From: Mobula birostris
Taxonomy: Eukaryota
DNA length: 64,000 nt
Assembly: GCF_030028105.1 (NCBI RefSeq)
Contig: NC_092375.1
Coordinates: 182,501,250 to 182,565,249, forward strand
Direction: 5' to 3'
Shown: piece after piece, positions 11,876 to 25,530 of the stretch
Layout: the number at the start of each line of letters is the position of its first letter
How positions within the stretch are numbered: the stretch's first letter is position 1
The notes under the pieces: model-generated
Seen by the model: only the letters and a program-made list of their open reading frames with translations
Told to the model about the DNA's origin: nothing
Database searches by the model: none
Translations under genes and position numbers: made by a program

Positions 11876-14335
11876 TAAATCCCCTTTAGCAATGGCTAAC
11901 TAGATAGTTTTATGAGATTAAATTAGCCCCATCAAGACAAAAAAGTGATTCTAAACTAAAGAAATTAATGGAAATCTTTTGGTATTTTTGAATCTGAAGC
12001 AATTATGACATAACATCGTTGAGCAGAATAAGCATGTGTATCGACAAATATTATTTTCTAATACATATTTATTAGTTGTATAAGAGTATTGCAGCATAGG
12101 TCAGTCCTTAATTACACTGGGCTTGATTTTGCATGCCCGGTAGTGAAAGAGCACCAATGGTCTTTTAAATAAAGAATCCAAAAACATAACATTACTCTCT
12201 GGCAATATAGATGTTAATGTTGTTACCCTCTAACTTGACTCACAGTAAGTCATTGAATTTGATGTCACTTAACAGCTGAGCACTAAGGTGTAGGTTTGTG
12301 GGCTCATTTTAAACCTTCATTTCACTGGTGGACATTGAAGAATAAATACATTTGGTTATTATTAACCTTTTCACCTTAGCATCCTCAAATCTTAGTATTC
12401 TATCATCGAGTGTTCCAAATCTCATATAATACCACTGGCCAGCAATTTGATAGGAAAATTGTCAAAAAATCATTTAAATTTTGTAGTACACCCTCCCCGT
12501 GCACAGGTGTATCGGAACTGATGGTGCTAAGGGGGCATTCTCTTTTATGTCACATACTCATCTGCAAGTAACACGATTTATCAAATGTCATATTCTGCTC
12601 TTCCATATTCGTCTGGTGCTAGTGGCCACAAAAGTTAATTGCTGCGAAAGGCCCTTATTGCAAATCACTATCTGAAGGCCTTATTAGCTTCTGAATGCAA
12701 ACACAAGTCATACTGCAGAGATAGCTGTACACTAATGACACTAAGGCTGGGTAATTGCAATTTTTTAACCTTTTAAATACCACACATTATGCACTACAGC
12801 TAGGAGCATAAAGAGCAAAGTGATAGTGATTGAAAATGTAGATTTGTAAAATATTATGCATATATAGCTACATATTTAGCATAACAATGAATAAATAAGC
12901 TAAGAAGCTAATACAAATTTTCATCAGTATGATCACTGCTGTTAAGTGTGCTTACTGCCTTAATACAAATGGATTATATTTTTTCTTTGCGTCCTAAATT
13001 TACAAAAGCTGTCAGTGGTGCAATTGATTCCACTTTGCTGCATACCTATAACCTTGTCATTTGCATATACTTTCAGTGTTTCATTAATATTTATCATTAT
13101 GTAAAATACTTCTGTTAATTATACTGCATTTCCATGATGTTTTTACAGTGTTTAGCTAATTACTTGTTTCCGTTTATTCCTTCCAGCATGTGTCACACCA
13201 TTTCACGGCACAATATTGTTTGCAGTCATGTCTTATAGTTTCTAAGTTATAACCGGCTGTATGAAAACAGCTCAAAAGACACATTGTACAGGAAGATTAC
13301 ATAAAGTAAAGAAGACCTTGTTTTAAAACAATCCTGATTTTTTTTTTGTTCTCTTCTGTAATTCAATCCATCTTGGGCAAAACAATTCTCTTTATTATGA
13401 CTATATCACACTACTTGCAATCACTTGGACAATTTGTTAACATCAGGAAGCAACAATACTCAATCTCTTTTTAAACAGCTTGATATGCACAAGTAGCTCT
13501 GCATTTCCACTCTTTTATCCATTCTTGTTCTTCTTTTGTGCTATTTCTATCTTTCCTTGCCTTTGTCTCCATCTCTGCCCGCATCATATTTCTAATCTCA
13601 ATGGCTGGCGGTATTTTTCCTCCATGAAAATTACTTGCCTGTTATTTTCTATCAGGCCCTGACCCTGAAATCATCTGATCAAGCTGTTGATGCTGAGTGC
13701 ATTTGCACATCCTGTCAATGGGATGAGAATAAGTCCCCAGCTTTTTTAATTACAAGGATAACATATTCACTCATCTAATAATGTAGATGGTTAGCAATTT
13801 TAAATTTTAATAATCAATTACTAGAAGTAATTCTCCATTAAATCACAAGAGAGTCATTAAATCTCAAAAGACAGAACACGGCTGCATGCAAAAGCAGCAA
13901 ATGCGCTATTTTTAACTACCATTAGGGAATTTCTTATTCTCTTTCATTTCTATGCATTTCTCACACGTTTTCAGGAAAACTGTCTCAATTACCGCAGAAA
14001 GAGAATACTTGATCATATAAATAATGAAGGAAAACATAGGAAACTGAACAAGGTTTGAGATTATTCTTTTGTTCAAGTAATGGAATAAATCCAAACGTGA
14101 ATATATTTAGAGTGAAAAGCTCCAGTACTTCAATGATATAATGACATAAGCCATTACAGTAAACACTTCATATCTGATTTTAAGTAGTGAAAAGCTGTGA
14201 CATTTGTGAAGGATATTGCATTCTACAACTTTTTAGATCCTAGTCATTGATATTTGGGACAACTGATTATAGAGCTACAGAAGTGCCAACTTCATTTTAA
14301 GGGTTGTCAAGTCCACAATTATGGCTAAAATTCAT

Positions 14336-14470
14336 TGCAACACACACAAAATGCTGGAGGAGCTCAGCAGGCCAGGCAGCATCCATGGAAAAGAGTAAAC
14401 AGTCAGCATTTCATTCTAAGACCCTTCATCAAGACTGGAAAGAAAGAGGAAAAGTTGGAGCAAGAAGGTG
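14336..14470 (-). mobile_element. PLE terminal fragment with degenerate hammerhead
   Basis: gcaacacacacaaaatgctggaggagctcagcaggcc...acccttcatcaagactgg. Confidence 0.7.
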
Positions 14471-14744
14471 GTTAGTGGGGTCCACGCTGTATCGCAATAC
14501 ATTAAAAAAATTCAATTGGACATTAAGTAAATGATCTCCAAGAGGACCACAACCTTGTTGAGGGGTTTGGAGGCATGCGTGACTCAATGACCTGGAGAGC
14601 TACGTTGGCTGGAGCCAGCTGTCAGTTTCATTCATTGAGCTCATCGTTACTGGGGATTGTTCGACGGTGTTGCTCGAAGGGTCGGAAAGAGCTAATTTGC
14701 ATTGTATCCCAACAACTAAAAGAACTTCAAATGGGCATTAAGTA

Positions 14745-15055
14745 AATGACCTCCAAGTGGACCACAACCTCGTCGTAGGGTTTGAAGGCTTGTGAGCTTC
14801 AGTAGCCCGGAGAGCTATGTTGGCTGGAGTCAATGCTTTGTCTCCTGGTAGGGTCACCCATGTCAAACAGGTCAAAGGGTAGAGGCCAGACTAAGAGTGG
14901 TCCATCGGTCCTTCAGGTTTGGGGGTTCAGCTCAGGGTCAAAACACAAGTGTTAAGGAATCAGCAATGAAGACCCCTTCTATACAGACAGAGATGGAGGA
15001 ACTTCATTGCTACCCTAAATGCCAGAGGCGTAACAGGCAGTAAGTAAGTAAGTTA
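14745..15055 (+). mobile_element. RTE/Expander-derived non-autonomous element (5' UTR joined to 3' tail); partial duplicate at 14530-14617
   Basis: ggtagggtcacccatgtcaaacaggtcaaagggtagaggccagactaagag resembles an Expander-type 5' UTR; (taag)n tail. Confidence 0.55.
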
Positions 15056-15344
15056 AGTGAATGAGCCATGCTGATCCTGCCTGGGCTGAATCTTTTCTAA
15101 ATTAATATCAGAAAACAGTTTTAATTTAACTTGAAGAGAACTTGCAACGATAGCCCTGAGTGGACTGATACAATACTAATTGAAAGCTTTCTCATCTTAT
15201 TTGAAACTTAAAGACAGAAAAGAAATCATTTGAAAAGGAACAGGCAGTGGTATGCTGTGTGAGACTGGGCTGGCAGATTCCCTATGCACTGCAGAATTGT
15301 TGTTTCATCTCCTGCTACAGAAATGATTACATTCAGAAGTGATT

Positions 15345-16072
15345 GGAATTTTGTCAAGTTGACAATCCAAATAGGTTTAATATCACTGGAATATGTCATA
15401 AAATTAGTTGTCTTTCCAACAGCAGTACAATGCTTCACATATACAGTAAATATTAAATAGTTACATTAAGTAGTGCAAAACCAGAAATAATAAGTAGAGA
15501 GATAGTGTTCATGGGTACAATGTCTATTCAGAAATTGGATGGCAGAGGGGAAGATGCTATTTCTGAATCATTGAGTGTGTGCCTTCAGGCTTTTGTATCT
15601 CCTTCCTGATGGTAACAATGAGAACAAGGCATGTCCTGGGCGATGGGAGTCCTTAATGATGGATGTTGCCTTTTTGAGACATCGCTCCTTGAAGATGTCC
15701 TGGATACTCTGGAGGCTAGTACCCCTGATGAAGCCGACTAAGTTTACAAATTATTTACAGCTTATTTTAATCCTGTGCAGTAGCCCCTCACCTCCCCAAA
15801 CCAGACAGTGATGCAGCCAGGTAGAATGCTCTCCATGGTACATTTGTAGAAATTTGCAAGTGTTTTTGGTGACATACCAGATCTTCTCAAATTCCTAATG
15901 AAATATAGCCACGGTCAAGCTTTCTTTGTAGCTGCATTCGATATGTTGAGTCCAGATTAGATCCTCAGAGATTTTAACATCCAGGAATTCAAAATTGCTC
16001 GCCCCTTCCACTTCTGATCCCTTTGTGTGGATTGGTGTGTGTTCCCTCTTCTTACCCTTTCTGAATTCGCAG
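15345..16072 (-). mobile_element. Rex1/Babar LINE 3' fragment
   Basis: gaatgctctccatggtacatttgtagaaatttg is the antisense of NFYKCTMESIL. Confidence 0.75.
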
Positions 16073-16229
16073 ACACACCAAAGATGATGAGGGAGGGAGA
16101 GCAGCCTAATGAAGGAGATAAAAAGATATTAAAATAAAAGAGAACATGAGAAAAATGCATGAATTAGGAAAATTTAAAGCGGTTATCATTCACTGGAAGA
16201 AAAAATTGAAATACCTATACTATGGATTG

Positions 16230-16695
16230 TAATAAAAGTGTTTTAAAGAATGGTTGAAAGAAAACCAGGAATGGTCCGAGACACAAAAATGGCAGCTGTT
16301 AAAGAACAGCAATGGATAAAATGGAAATTTGAGTCTGTACTGTGCTGAGGCCAGGCTATAACTTGAATACTAGATTCAATTCATGCCACTGATACACAAG
16401 AGAAGTATGTATACCTTGGAAACAATGCAGGAAAGGACAGTCAGTTGATCCCCAGTGTTAGGGAACTGAGAACTTAAACAATTAACCGAAAATAGACTTT
16501 GAGAGGGACATACAATAGTCAATTGAACAGGGAAAGTTAATCCTCAGTGATATTTCAAGTTAAATCATAACTGTAGGCCAAGTGTATGCAGGTACATATT
16601 GATGAAAGGCAAATTCCGGCTTCACTTCCCAAAGCATTTCAACACAAAGAAAATGATTAGCCGTGGGATTCTCTTCAATCGTGAGTATTGCAGGT
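16230..16695 (+). mobile_element. Highly decayed CR1 RT 3' fragment
   Basis: Frame remnant MKGKFRLHFPKHFNTKKMI resembles CR1 KGKFR...KHFFTQRVI. Confidence 0.45.
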
Positions 16696-16699
16696 AAGA

Positions 16700-18772
16700 A
16701 CTCAAAGTTAAAGTTCAAAGTAAGTTTATTATCAAAGTACATATATCTCACCATATGCAACCCTGAGGATCATTGTCTTGTGGGCAGTTACAGTAAATAC
16801 AAGAAACACAATAAAATCAGTGAAAGGCGACACCCAACAGGATGTACAACAACCAATGTGCAAAAACAAAACAACAAACTGCAAATACAAAAAGAAAGAG
16901 AGGAAAAAAAGTAAAAAAGAAATAAATAAGCAATAAATATCGAGAACATGAGATGAAGAGTCCTTGAAAGTGAGTCCATTGGTTGTGGAAACAGTTCAGT
17001 GAAGGAGTGGGTGAAGTTGAGTGAAGTTATTCACTTTGGTTCAAGAGCCTGATGGTTGAGTGGTAATAACTGTTTCTGAACCTGACAGCGCAAGTCCAAA
17101 GGTTCTTGTAATCTTCTTCCTAATGGTAGCAGCAGGAAGACAGCATGGCCTGGATAATGGAGGTCCTTGATGATGGACTGTAACAGCTCTCCACGTAGAT
17201 ATGCTCAGTGGAGGGGAGGGCTTTCCCCATCATGGATCGGTCCATATCCACCTCTTTTTGTAATCTTTTCTATACAGGGGCATTGGTGTTTTCATACCAG
17301 GCCATGATGCAACCAGTCAATATACTCAACACCACATATTTATAGAAGTTTGTCAAAGTTTCAGATGATATGTCAAATCTTCACAAACTTCCAAGAAAGT
17401 AGAGGCACTGCTGTGTTTTCTTTGTAAAGCCACTCACTTGCTGGACCCAGGACAAATCCTTGATAACACCGAGGAACTTGAAGTTGCTGATCCTATTCGC
17501 ATGCAATCTCCCAATTAGGACTAGCTCATGGACTTCCTCTTTCCTCCTCCTAAAGTCAACATTCAGCTCCTTGGTCTTGCTGCATTGAATGAGAGGTTGT
17601 GACACCACTCAGACAGATTTTGAATCTCCCCACTATGCGCTGATTCATCACCACCTTTGAATTGGCTGACGATAGTGGTGTCATCAGCAAACTTAAATTT
17701 AGCATTGGAGACCTGCCTAGCTTTGTAGTCGTAAGTGTGAAGTGAATAGAGCAGCGGGCTAAGCACACAGCCTTGTGGTGCATCTCTGCTGAGGGAGATT
17801 GTGAAGGCGATGTTTTTGCCGATCTGAACTGACTCGGGTCTGCAAGTGAGGAAACCGAGGATCCAGTTGCACAAGGAGGTATTGAGGCTGGGGCTTGAAG
17901 CTCATTGATTATTTTGAGGGAGCAAAAGTATTGAATGTTGAGCTATAGTCAATGAAGAGCATCCTGATGTTAGCAGCTTCATTGTCCAGGTATTCCAGGA
18001 TTGAGTGACGAGCCAATGAAATGCCATCCGCTGTTGACCTGTTGTGACGGTAAGTGAATTGGAATGGATCCAAGTCGCTTCTCGGGCATGAGTTGATATG
18101 TTTCATCACCAACCTCTCAAAGCACTTCACCACAGTGGATGATAATCATCGAGGTAAGTTACCAGTTCTTCTTAAGGCACTGGTATAATTGAAACTTGCT
18201 GGAAGCAGGTAGGTACCTCAGACTGCCAAAGCAAGATGCTGAAGATATCGGTGAACACTGCAGCCAGTTGATTAGCACAGGTCTATAGTACTCAGCCAGT
18301 ACTAAAGCATCTGAGCTGGATGCCTTCCCTGTGCTCAGTGTCCTGAAGAATTCTCTCCCATGAGCCTCAGAGACTGATATTACACGGTTATCGTCAGCTA
18401 TGGGAGTTTGTGAAGGTGCCTCCATGTTTTGATGGTCAAAGCGAGCATAGAAGGCATTGAGCTCATGTTTGAGTGAGTTCTCCTTGTCACCTATGTCGCT
18501 TGGTTTTACTTTGTAGGAGGTGATAGTATTTAAGTCCTGGTACAGCATTGAGCATCTCTCAGTGATTCAAGTTTGGTCCGTAGTTGCCACTTCATCCACG
18601 AGACAGATTTCCGGAGATTGTACTTGCACCTCTTGTCTCCAGACTTGGTCTCCAGACCTGAATGCCAGTGATCTGGCCTTCAGCAGATTGTTGATCCCAT
18701 GGTTCATCCAGGGCTTCTGGTAAGGGAAGACTCTGAATGAATTTGTGGGGTACACTCCCTGTGACTGTTTTT
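16700..18772 (-). mobile_element. Rex1/Babar LINE, about 2 kb, decayed
   Basis: Minus ORF pieces: [66 protein letters not shown]. Confidence 0.9.
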
Positions 18773-18917
18773 TATAAATTTAGGAAGCATTTAAGACCTG
18801 GTTTTGTGGTACAATAAGGACAATTGTTGATTTAGAGATGATTCAGAATAATCAGCTTACCTGCTTCATCAATACTTACCTTTGCTATCTAAAGCCAAAG
18901 AGAGCAACAGAATAACA

Positions 18918-19330
18918 CATCATCATCATTACGTGCTGTGCCGTATGATGTGGGCAATCCTGGTCTATAATCACAGTCTATGACCATAATTGTTCTTGGC
19001 AATTTTTTCTACAGAAGTGGTTTGCCATTGCTTTCTGCTGGGCAGTGTCTCTACAAGATGGGTGACCCCAGCCATTATCAGTGCTGTTCAGAGATTGTCT
19101 GCCTGGCATCAGTGGTCGCATAGCCAGCATGTGTGATATGCACCACCTGCTCATACAACCATCTACTACCTGCTCGCATAACTTCGTGTGACCTTGATTG
19201 GGGAGTTGTGGGGGGGGGGGGGTGGTGTTTAAGCATGGCTACATCTTTCCTAAGGGTGATCTACAGACTAGCGGAAGGAAGGAGCACCCTACACCTCCTT
19301 TGGTAGAGATGTATCTCCACCCAGCCAGCC
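18918..19330 (-). mobile_element. RTE-related SINE or non-autonomous element
   Basis: Reverse complement of the element at 25150-25530, with a (gat)n tail; flanked by gaataacac on both sides. Confidence 0.7.
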
Positions 19331-19424
19331 AGGAATAACACAACCAAGCAAAGTAGAATAACACAGAATGATTAGACTGACTAGAATAACACAGCCAAGG
19401 AAAATTCTACACTGTTGAAAATCT

Positions 19425-19665
19425 ACAGACTCAATGGGCCAAATGACCTAATTCTCCTCCTATGTCTTATGGTGTTATCAAGTCTTTGGGTATATTTAAG
19501 GCAGAAGTTGATAGATTCTTGATTGGTCAAGGCATGAAGGGATACAGGGGAAGAGCAGGAGATTGGGGTGGAGAGGAAAAATGAATCAGCTGTGATGAAA
19601 TGGCAGAGCATACTTGATGGGCCAAATGGCCTACTTCTGCTCCTATACTTTATGGTCTTATGGAT
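19425..19665 (+). mobile_element. Two tandem CR1 3' tail fragments
   Basis: cagactcaatgggccaaatg...ttatgg occurs twice; gggtatatttaaggcagaagttgatag. Confidence 0.7.
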
Positions 19666-20214
19666 AACCATTGAATAGCTTGTGACACAAACCACATTTA
19701 TTTTTGAGAAGAAGTGTATCACTAGACGGGTATGTGGATTGTGCACTTGTTTTCCTGGGATTTTGTATCAGTTGTGTGATCATAGAATATCAAAGCAGTA
19801 TGAAAATCCTAGTGCAGAGTTGCTAAATCAAACTGGCATACTGATTCCACCAAGCACCAACTAAATTGCTATCCAATGATGAATTACATTAGCATCAATT
19901 TAACAGTAAGTTCCATACAATCTACAAATGAAAGTGATGTGTGTTGAAACCATTTTATCAATCTACAAGTGATTAACTGAGGTCTCACAACACACTCACA
20001 TTTGCTCGTATAACTTGTTTATTGCTATAAAACTAAAACAGGACAAAAATAGGCTAAATATAACATTGAAATGAATAGAAGCAATTAGAATTAATGGATG
20101 TTAGGACATAAATGGGGTAAAAGTCAGGACATTTCAGAAGTCCTTCATAAATCAGTGGAGGGAAAAGTCATTGACTGTGTCCATGACATCAGGGGCCATT
20201 AATTAGAGGGAGAC

Positions 20215-20765
20215 ACATGAGGCTGCAGATACTGGAATCTTGAGCAAAAATCAACTGTTGCTGGAAATAGCTAAATCAAGCAGCATCTTTGGGGGAAAAG
20301 AACTGTTGATTTTTTGGGTGGAGTTCCTGCATTAGAGTGGAAAGAGGAGATAGCCAGATATAGAGGGGAGAGGGGAGGGATGAGGCAGCGGCTGCTAGGT
20401 CATAGATAGACTAGGGAGGGTGAAGGGTGATTAACAAAAGGAGTCAGGTAGAGGAGTGTAGGAGTACAGTTAGATGACAGAAGCAGGTGGCTGGCGGATG
20501 GAAACAGTCAAGAAATAGAAAGGTAGACATCACCTATCACACACCTGTACCTATCTCCAAACTCTATCCTTCTCCTCCTCTGACTGATTCCATCCACCCA
20601 TTAACCCACACCATTCCTTGGTACATCTTTCATCCACTGGCTGCTATCTCACCTTCTCTCTCTACTCTCAGTGCCAATGCATGGTGTCAACCTGAAATGT
20701 TGACAGTTCCTTTCTCTCCATGGAAGTTACCTAACTTGCTGAGTTTCTGCAGAAAAGTTTGGTTC
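20215..20765. mobile_element. Old inverted pair of PLE termini
   Basis: ctgcagatactggaatcttgagcaaaaa..cagcatc (one orientation), then caacctgaaatgttgac..ttgctgagtttctgcag (opposite orientation). Confidence 0.55.
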
Positions 20766-21582
20766 TAGCTCATCAATTAGGTATCCCTGTTCTGCTCATG
20801 GTGGTGGCATGGTTATTGGAGAGACAAAACCATTCATTTTTTTGGGCAGGTGCAATTGCGTACTGTTCAGAGTTAACCATTCAGTTGGTCCATTATTAAT
20901 GATCATCCAGGGAATGGAAGGAAGTCTGTGTAAGTTATATTTCTTGAATTGAATGATAGAGACTATGGTATAGTGAGCACACATACATACATACATGCAT
21001 ACCTATTTTAAGAGTCAATTTTTGTCTTGCTGATGTCACTTTAATGTCATTATACTTTCAGGATTATATTGATAAGTGATGTTGCCCCATTAGCTTCGGA
21101 AGGGAAGAAATCTACCCCCATATTTATAAATTTAAAGTACTAACCTTATACTTTCCATGAAAATATCATAAATGTATCCACTGGATTCAGAACTCATTAA
21201 AAATAGACTAGCATTCTTATTGTCTGAGTTCATTTTTTTCATAATATCAGAAAGATGTAACCATGTTGCCTGTCTCATGCAAGCCTGTGAATAGGGCACC
21301 TTTATAAAGATGGATGTTTCCTCAGTCAGACTCCCATGTTCATGTCAAAGTCAGTCTGACGTCTGAGTATAAGCTTCACTCAGAATACCACAATGAAAGT
21401 TTCACAATGCCCCCCCGCCCCCTCCCCCATTTATGGACTTTCCCAGACAATGCCATTTTCTGGAGCTCTGTCCTTTGTATATAGAAAGCTATCCTTGGTG
21501 AATGCAAGCCAGATGAACATTCATTAGTTTATGGGAGATTGGTGAGTTGCCAGTTGAAATATTAGAATTCCATCAAGTCCTT

Positions 21583-21601
21583 TTGTGTGTGTGTGTGTGT
21601 T
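21583..21601. repeat. (TG)n microsatellite
   Basis: Direct reading. Confidence 0.9.
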
Positions 21602-22844
21602 TTCAGCACCCACCAAGATTTGCAAGTTGCTTGTTTTTAATACAGTTGCCTCTGGCAGTAGCAATTCAAAATGATGCTTGATATTTTTTGGAATATATTT
21701 TTCTTTACCTTGTCTATGGATTAATAATATATGGGCCTGCCCATACTGTACATATGAGATGAACATTAAAATTCCATATTATATTTGACTGGTAATGGAA
21801 AGGTACCAATATTCTTTTGCACCTGTGAAAATCTGTAGCTGATGATCACTATAGGCATGAGTGACTTGTAATGGGTTTTTTACAAGTGAAGGAACATTCA
21901 GAATGTCCATCACAGGTCAATAGTCCTCTGACTCTGTTAGTATAAGTGGTGTTGGGCATGAATCTGTCTACCATTAAGTGAAAATTCACTTCAAGTGGAT
22001 TATGGTATTTATCTTACACTCAAGTACACTGTAGATTTTATGAGTGATATAAAATACTATTTATCCGATAGAATATCATCCATGGAAGTGCATTTCATTA
22101 TCTAGTACCATGGCAATCACATTCTATCTGTGAGTTCCACCAAGTGTTTATATCACAAATCACAGGAGCCTCAATAATCAGATCTGTTCAATCTGTTCCA
22201 GAGCAAAGAGAGCATCATAATCAGTTGATCATCAAAATAATCAAAGTTTGTGGCAGGAAAGCTTATGATTAAATAATGCCCACAGAAATATTGTATAAAT
22301 ATTAAATGCTTCGCACTTTTTGCAGATGTATCTTTCTTTTAGCCTTATTAACATTAATTTAATGGTTTAGTAAGAGAACAGATGAAGTGAGAGAGATCTT
22401 TTACAGTCATCTGATTTTTACAATATTTGAGGTACATGTAGAAGCATTGGCAATCTTGACTATTAATAATATAATAAGCAGTCTCCAAGAGAATACATTT
22501 GAAATAGTCTCTTATTAATCAATATATAACATGGATGAGAAATTAATAATATTAGTACCTATTTTTTGGGTGCTTCGAGGTCACTAGAGGTCCAGAATGG
22601 CATTTTTGATGAAGACACATATGTGTGGAGATAATTGTGCCACACACAGTGGTGGGAACTACATTAACATTCAGATTGTGAACAGGAAAATCAGGAAGAG
22701 GTGGATCGTGAGATCAGTGGGAAACCTTAGTGTAACCATGTTGAAGCTTGGCTGTCCATCAGATGCTCTCTCTTAACCTCACAAGGTTGAACGAGTTGAA
22801 CAATGGCAGCCTAAAGGACCAAAACTAATGCCTTTTTAAAATTG

Positions 22845-23045
22845 AGGTACAGTGCAGACTAGGACCTTCTGGCCTTTTGAGCCACGCTGTCCAGCAATCC
22901 CCTAGTTTAATCCTAGCCTAATCACGGGACAACTTACAATGACCAATTAACCTACCAACTTACAGTTTGGACTGTGGGAGGAAACCAGAGCACCTGGAGG
23001 AAGCCCACATGGACACAGGAAGAACGTACAAACTCCATGCAGAGG
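22845..23045 (-). mobile_element. V-SINE fragment
   Basis: Antisense of the V-domain: tttggactgtgggaggaaaccagagcacctggaggaagcccac. Confidence 0.8.
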
Positions 23046-23049
23046 GGGA

Positions 23050-23553
23050 TCACAAAGTCGAGGAAAGAGGACAGGGTCGAGACAACAGAGACTTTTGGAG
23101 AAGAGGAGTTCGGTGGGTAATACCGTTCCGCCTGACTGGAAGTGCACTGAGAGCGGTAAGTGTAAAGGAGTTGGGTGCTTACTGATCTGGTTAACAACAG
23201 ATAGTGCAATCCGGGGCATAGTACGATTGAGGAACATGTTTTCAGACTGGATATTGAACTTTTTACTGTTGGACTTTGGCCACATTCCACCGTGATGCAA
23301 CACTTGGCGGCACGGGAGGTCGTTCCTGCCTGTGGCCATCGAACGTGCAGCTCCTCCCGTGGAGGGTCAGACACCCTGAGCCAATAGACTGGTCCTGGAC
23401 TTATTTTCCATCTGGCATAGTTTGCATTTTGTTGTTTGATTGTTGGGGGTTTTTTGTATTGCTATATTTACGCTCTGTTCTTGGTTGGTGCGGCTGTAAC
23501 GAATCCAAATTTCCCTCGGGATTAATAAAGTATATTTATCTATCTATCTATCT
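23050..23553 (+). mobile_element. Internally deleted Rex1/Babar-like element with (TATC)n tail
   Basis: ..SDWILNFL.. remnant joined to a 3' segment aggtcgttcctgcctgtggccatc; attaataaag followed by a (tatc)n tail. Confidence 0.55.
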
Positions 23554-23724
23554 AAAGGGTGTCATTAATCATTTATAGGTGAGGTGTTTCTCCCACAACT
23601 CAGATATGTGGGTTGATTGGCTACTGGAAATTACCAATGGAAGAATCATGGGGGAAATAAAGGAATATGGAAAAAATAAAATAGGATTTGTGTGAATGAG
23701 TTATTGCTATTGATACGGATTCAT

Positions 23725-24100
23725 TCGACCATGCGCATTGGAATTTAGAAGACTGGGGAAGGAAGGATCTCATCGAAACCTATTGGATGCTGAAGGGCCT
23801 TGTTAAAGTGGATGTGGAGAGGACGTTTCCTATGGTCGGAAAGTCAGGACCAGAGGGCGCCACCTCAGAAGAGAGGTTTGTCCTTTAAAAATAGTACTGA
23901 GGAGAAACATCTTTAGCCAGAGAGGACTGAATCTGTGGAATTCATTGCCACAGGCAGCTGTGGGTGTATTTTAGCTGGAGGTGATAGGTTCTTGATTAGT
24001 CCAGGCATGAAAGTTTACGGGGAGCAGACAGGAGACTGAGGTTGAGAGGGAAATGGCGGTGCAGGCTTGATGGCCCGAATGCCCCAGTTCTGCTCTTATG
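23725..24100 (+). mobile_element. CR1 3' fragment
   Basis: ttggaatttagaagact..gatctcatcgaaacctat..tgaatctgtggaattcattgccacag. Confidence 0.8.
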
Positions 24101-24394
24101 TGTTATGTTTTGTGAATTCAAAACATTGAATTAATTCAGAGGAAATACGAGAGTCCGGAATGCGGGTGAGAAGGATGGATGCAGTGACTGCATATCGCTT
24201 TCCATCTCGGAGTCGCTATTGTCTGTCTTTTTTATTTGAGTTGATAAAGACACAAGGGTTTGGTGATGGTGAGGGATGGAATAGATGTAATGGATCAATT
24301 TACCTCATTTTTGTTCACTCACAATGAAGGAACTATGCGATAAATGAAGGGTAAGTATGAAAGAGCAGGTTAGACATTCCTGCTTTCTGATCTA

Positions 24395-24890
24395 CAGTAC
24401 TGATCAAAAGTCTTAAGCACATATATATATGGCTCTGGTGCCTATGGCTTTTGCACAGTACTATAGCAATTTTATGTATTACACTGTACTGCTGTCATGA
24501 AATAAAAATCATGATGTATGTGAGTGATGATAAACCTGATTCTGATACGGGTCTCTATTGTGGACTGAGAGTGGGAAGTGGGTAGGGAGAGGGGAATCAT
24601 GGTTGGGCAAAGGGGAAGGGAGAGGCGAGAGAGCAGGAAACACCAGAGAGACATTCTGTAGTGATCAAAAAAATAATTGATTGTAATCAAATGATCTGGT
24701 CTGGTGTCTCAGCTCTGGGTGTTTCTGCACCCACACCATGTCCCGCCCTGGCACTGCTTCTCTGCTACCTATCCCACACCCCTCCTGTGGGGCTTCACCC
24801 TCACCATTCCCAATATACTTTGCTCCAGCCAGATTTACAAACCTAGTCTCCACTCCATGTTGACAAATACAGTACTGTGCAAAGGTCTCC
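24395..24890. mobile_element. Composite repeat: TA-flanked mini Tc1-like palindrome + LINE tail + unique segment (copy 1)
   Basis: TA|cagtactgatcaaaagtctta...gcttttgcacagtacta|TA; same block order recurs at 27745; the TIR restarts at 24870. Confidence 0.65.
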
Positions 24891-25149
24891 AAAGTCCTCT
24901 CCCTAGCTATTGAGCTTATCAGTCCCTCCCGCTGCAATCTCAACATTGACATCAGCGAATCACAGGTCAAGCTTTAATTTCTGCCCCTGTTTACGCTTTG
25001 CTATTCCTCAGAGCAGTGTTTGACAAGGTGCTCTTTGACTACAACCCGTGGTCACCTGTCCTTTAAGACATGACTCCAGGCACACTGCGTCGATGTCAAC
25101 CATTAATGCATTAAGGAAGTGCCTTGCAATTGAGATACATACATCTTCA

Positions 25150-25530
25150 GGTGGTGGGATGGAGATACATCTCTTCCAAAGGAGGTATAAGGTGCTCCTT
25201 CCCTCCGTGAGCCTGCAGATCACCCTTGGGTAAGGAGAAGCACCTGCTTAGTGTCCTGGTCAGGGTCACATGAACCCATGGGAGCATGTGGTGGATGGTT
25301 GTATGAGGAGCCGGTGCATATCACAACTCCTGGTTATTCAACCACTGATGCCAGGCAGACTATCTCTGGAGGGTATGATAATGGCTGGGGTCACCCATCT
25401 TCTAAAGACATAGCCCAGATGAAGGCTATGGCAAGCTACTTCTGCAGAAAAATTTGCCAAGAACAAATACGGTCATGGGACCATGATTGCCCACGTCATA
25501 TGACACGGCACATAACGATGATGATGACAT
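25150..25530 (+). mobile_element. RTE-related SINE or non-autonomous element
   Basis: ggagatacatctcttccaaaggagg...ttctgcagaaaaatttgccaagaac...gatgatgatga; homologous to 18918-19330. Confidence 0.7.

Noticed and set aside
16577-16693. Open exon-like segment with a strong CAG|gtaag donor
   Set aside because: The peptide is a decayed CR1 RT tail
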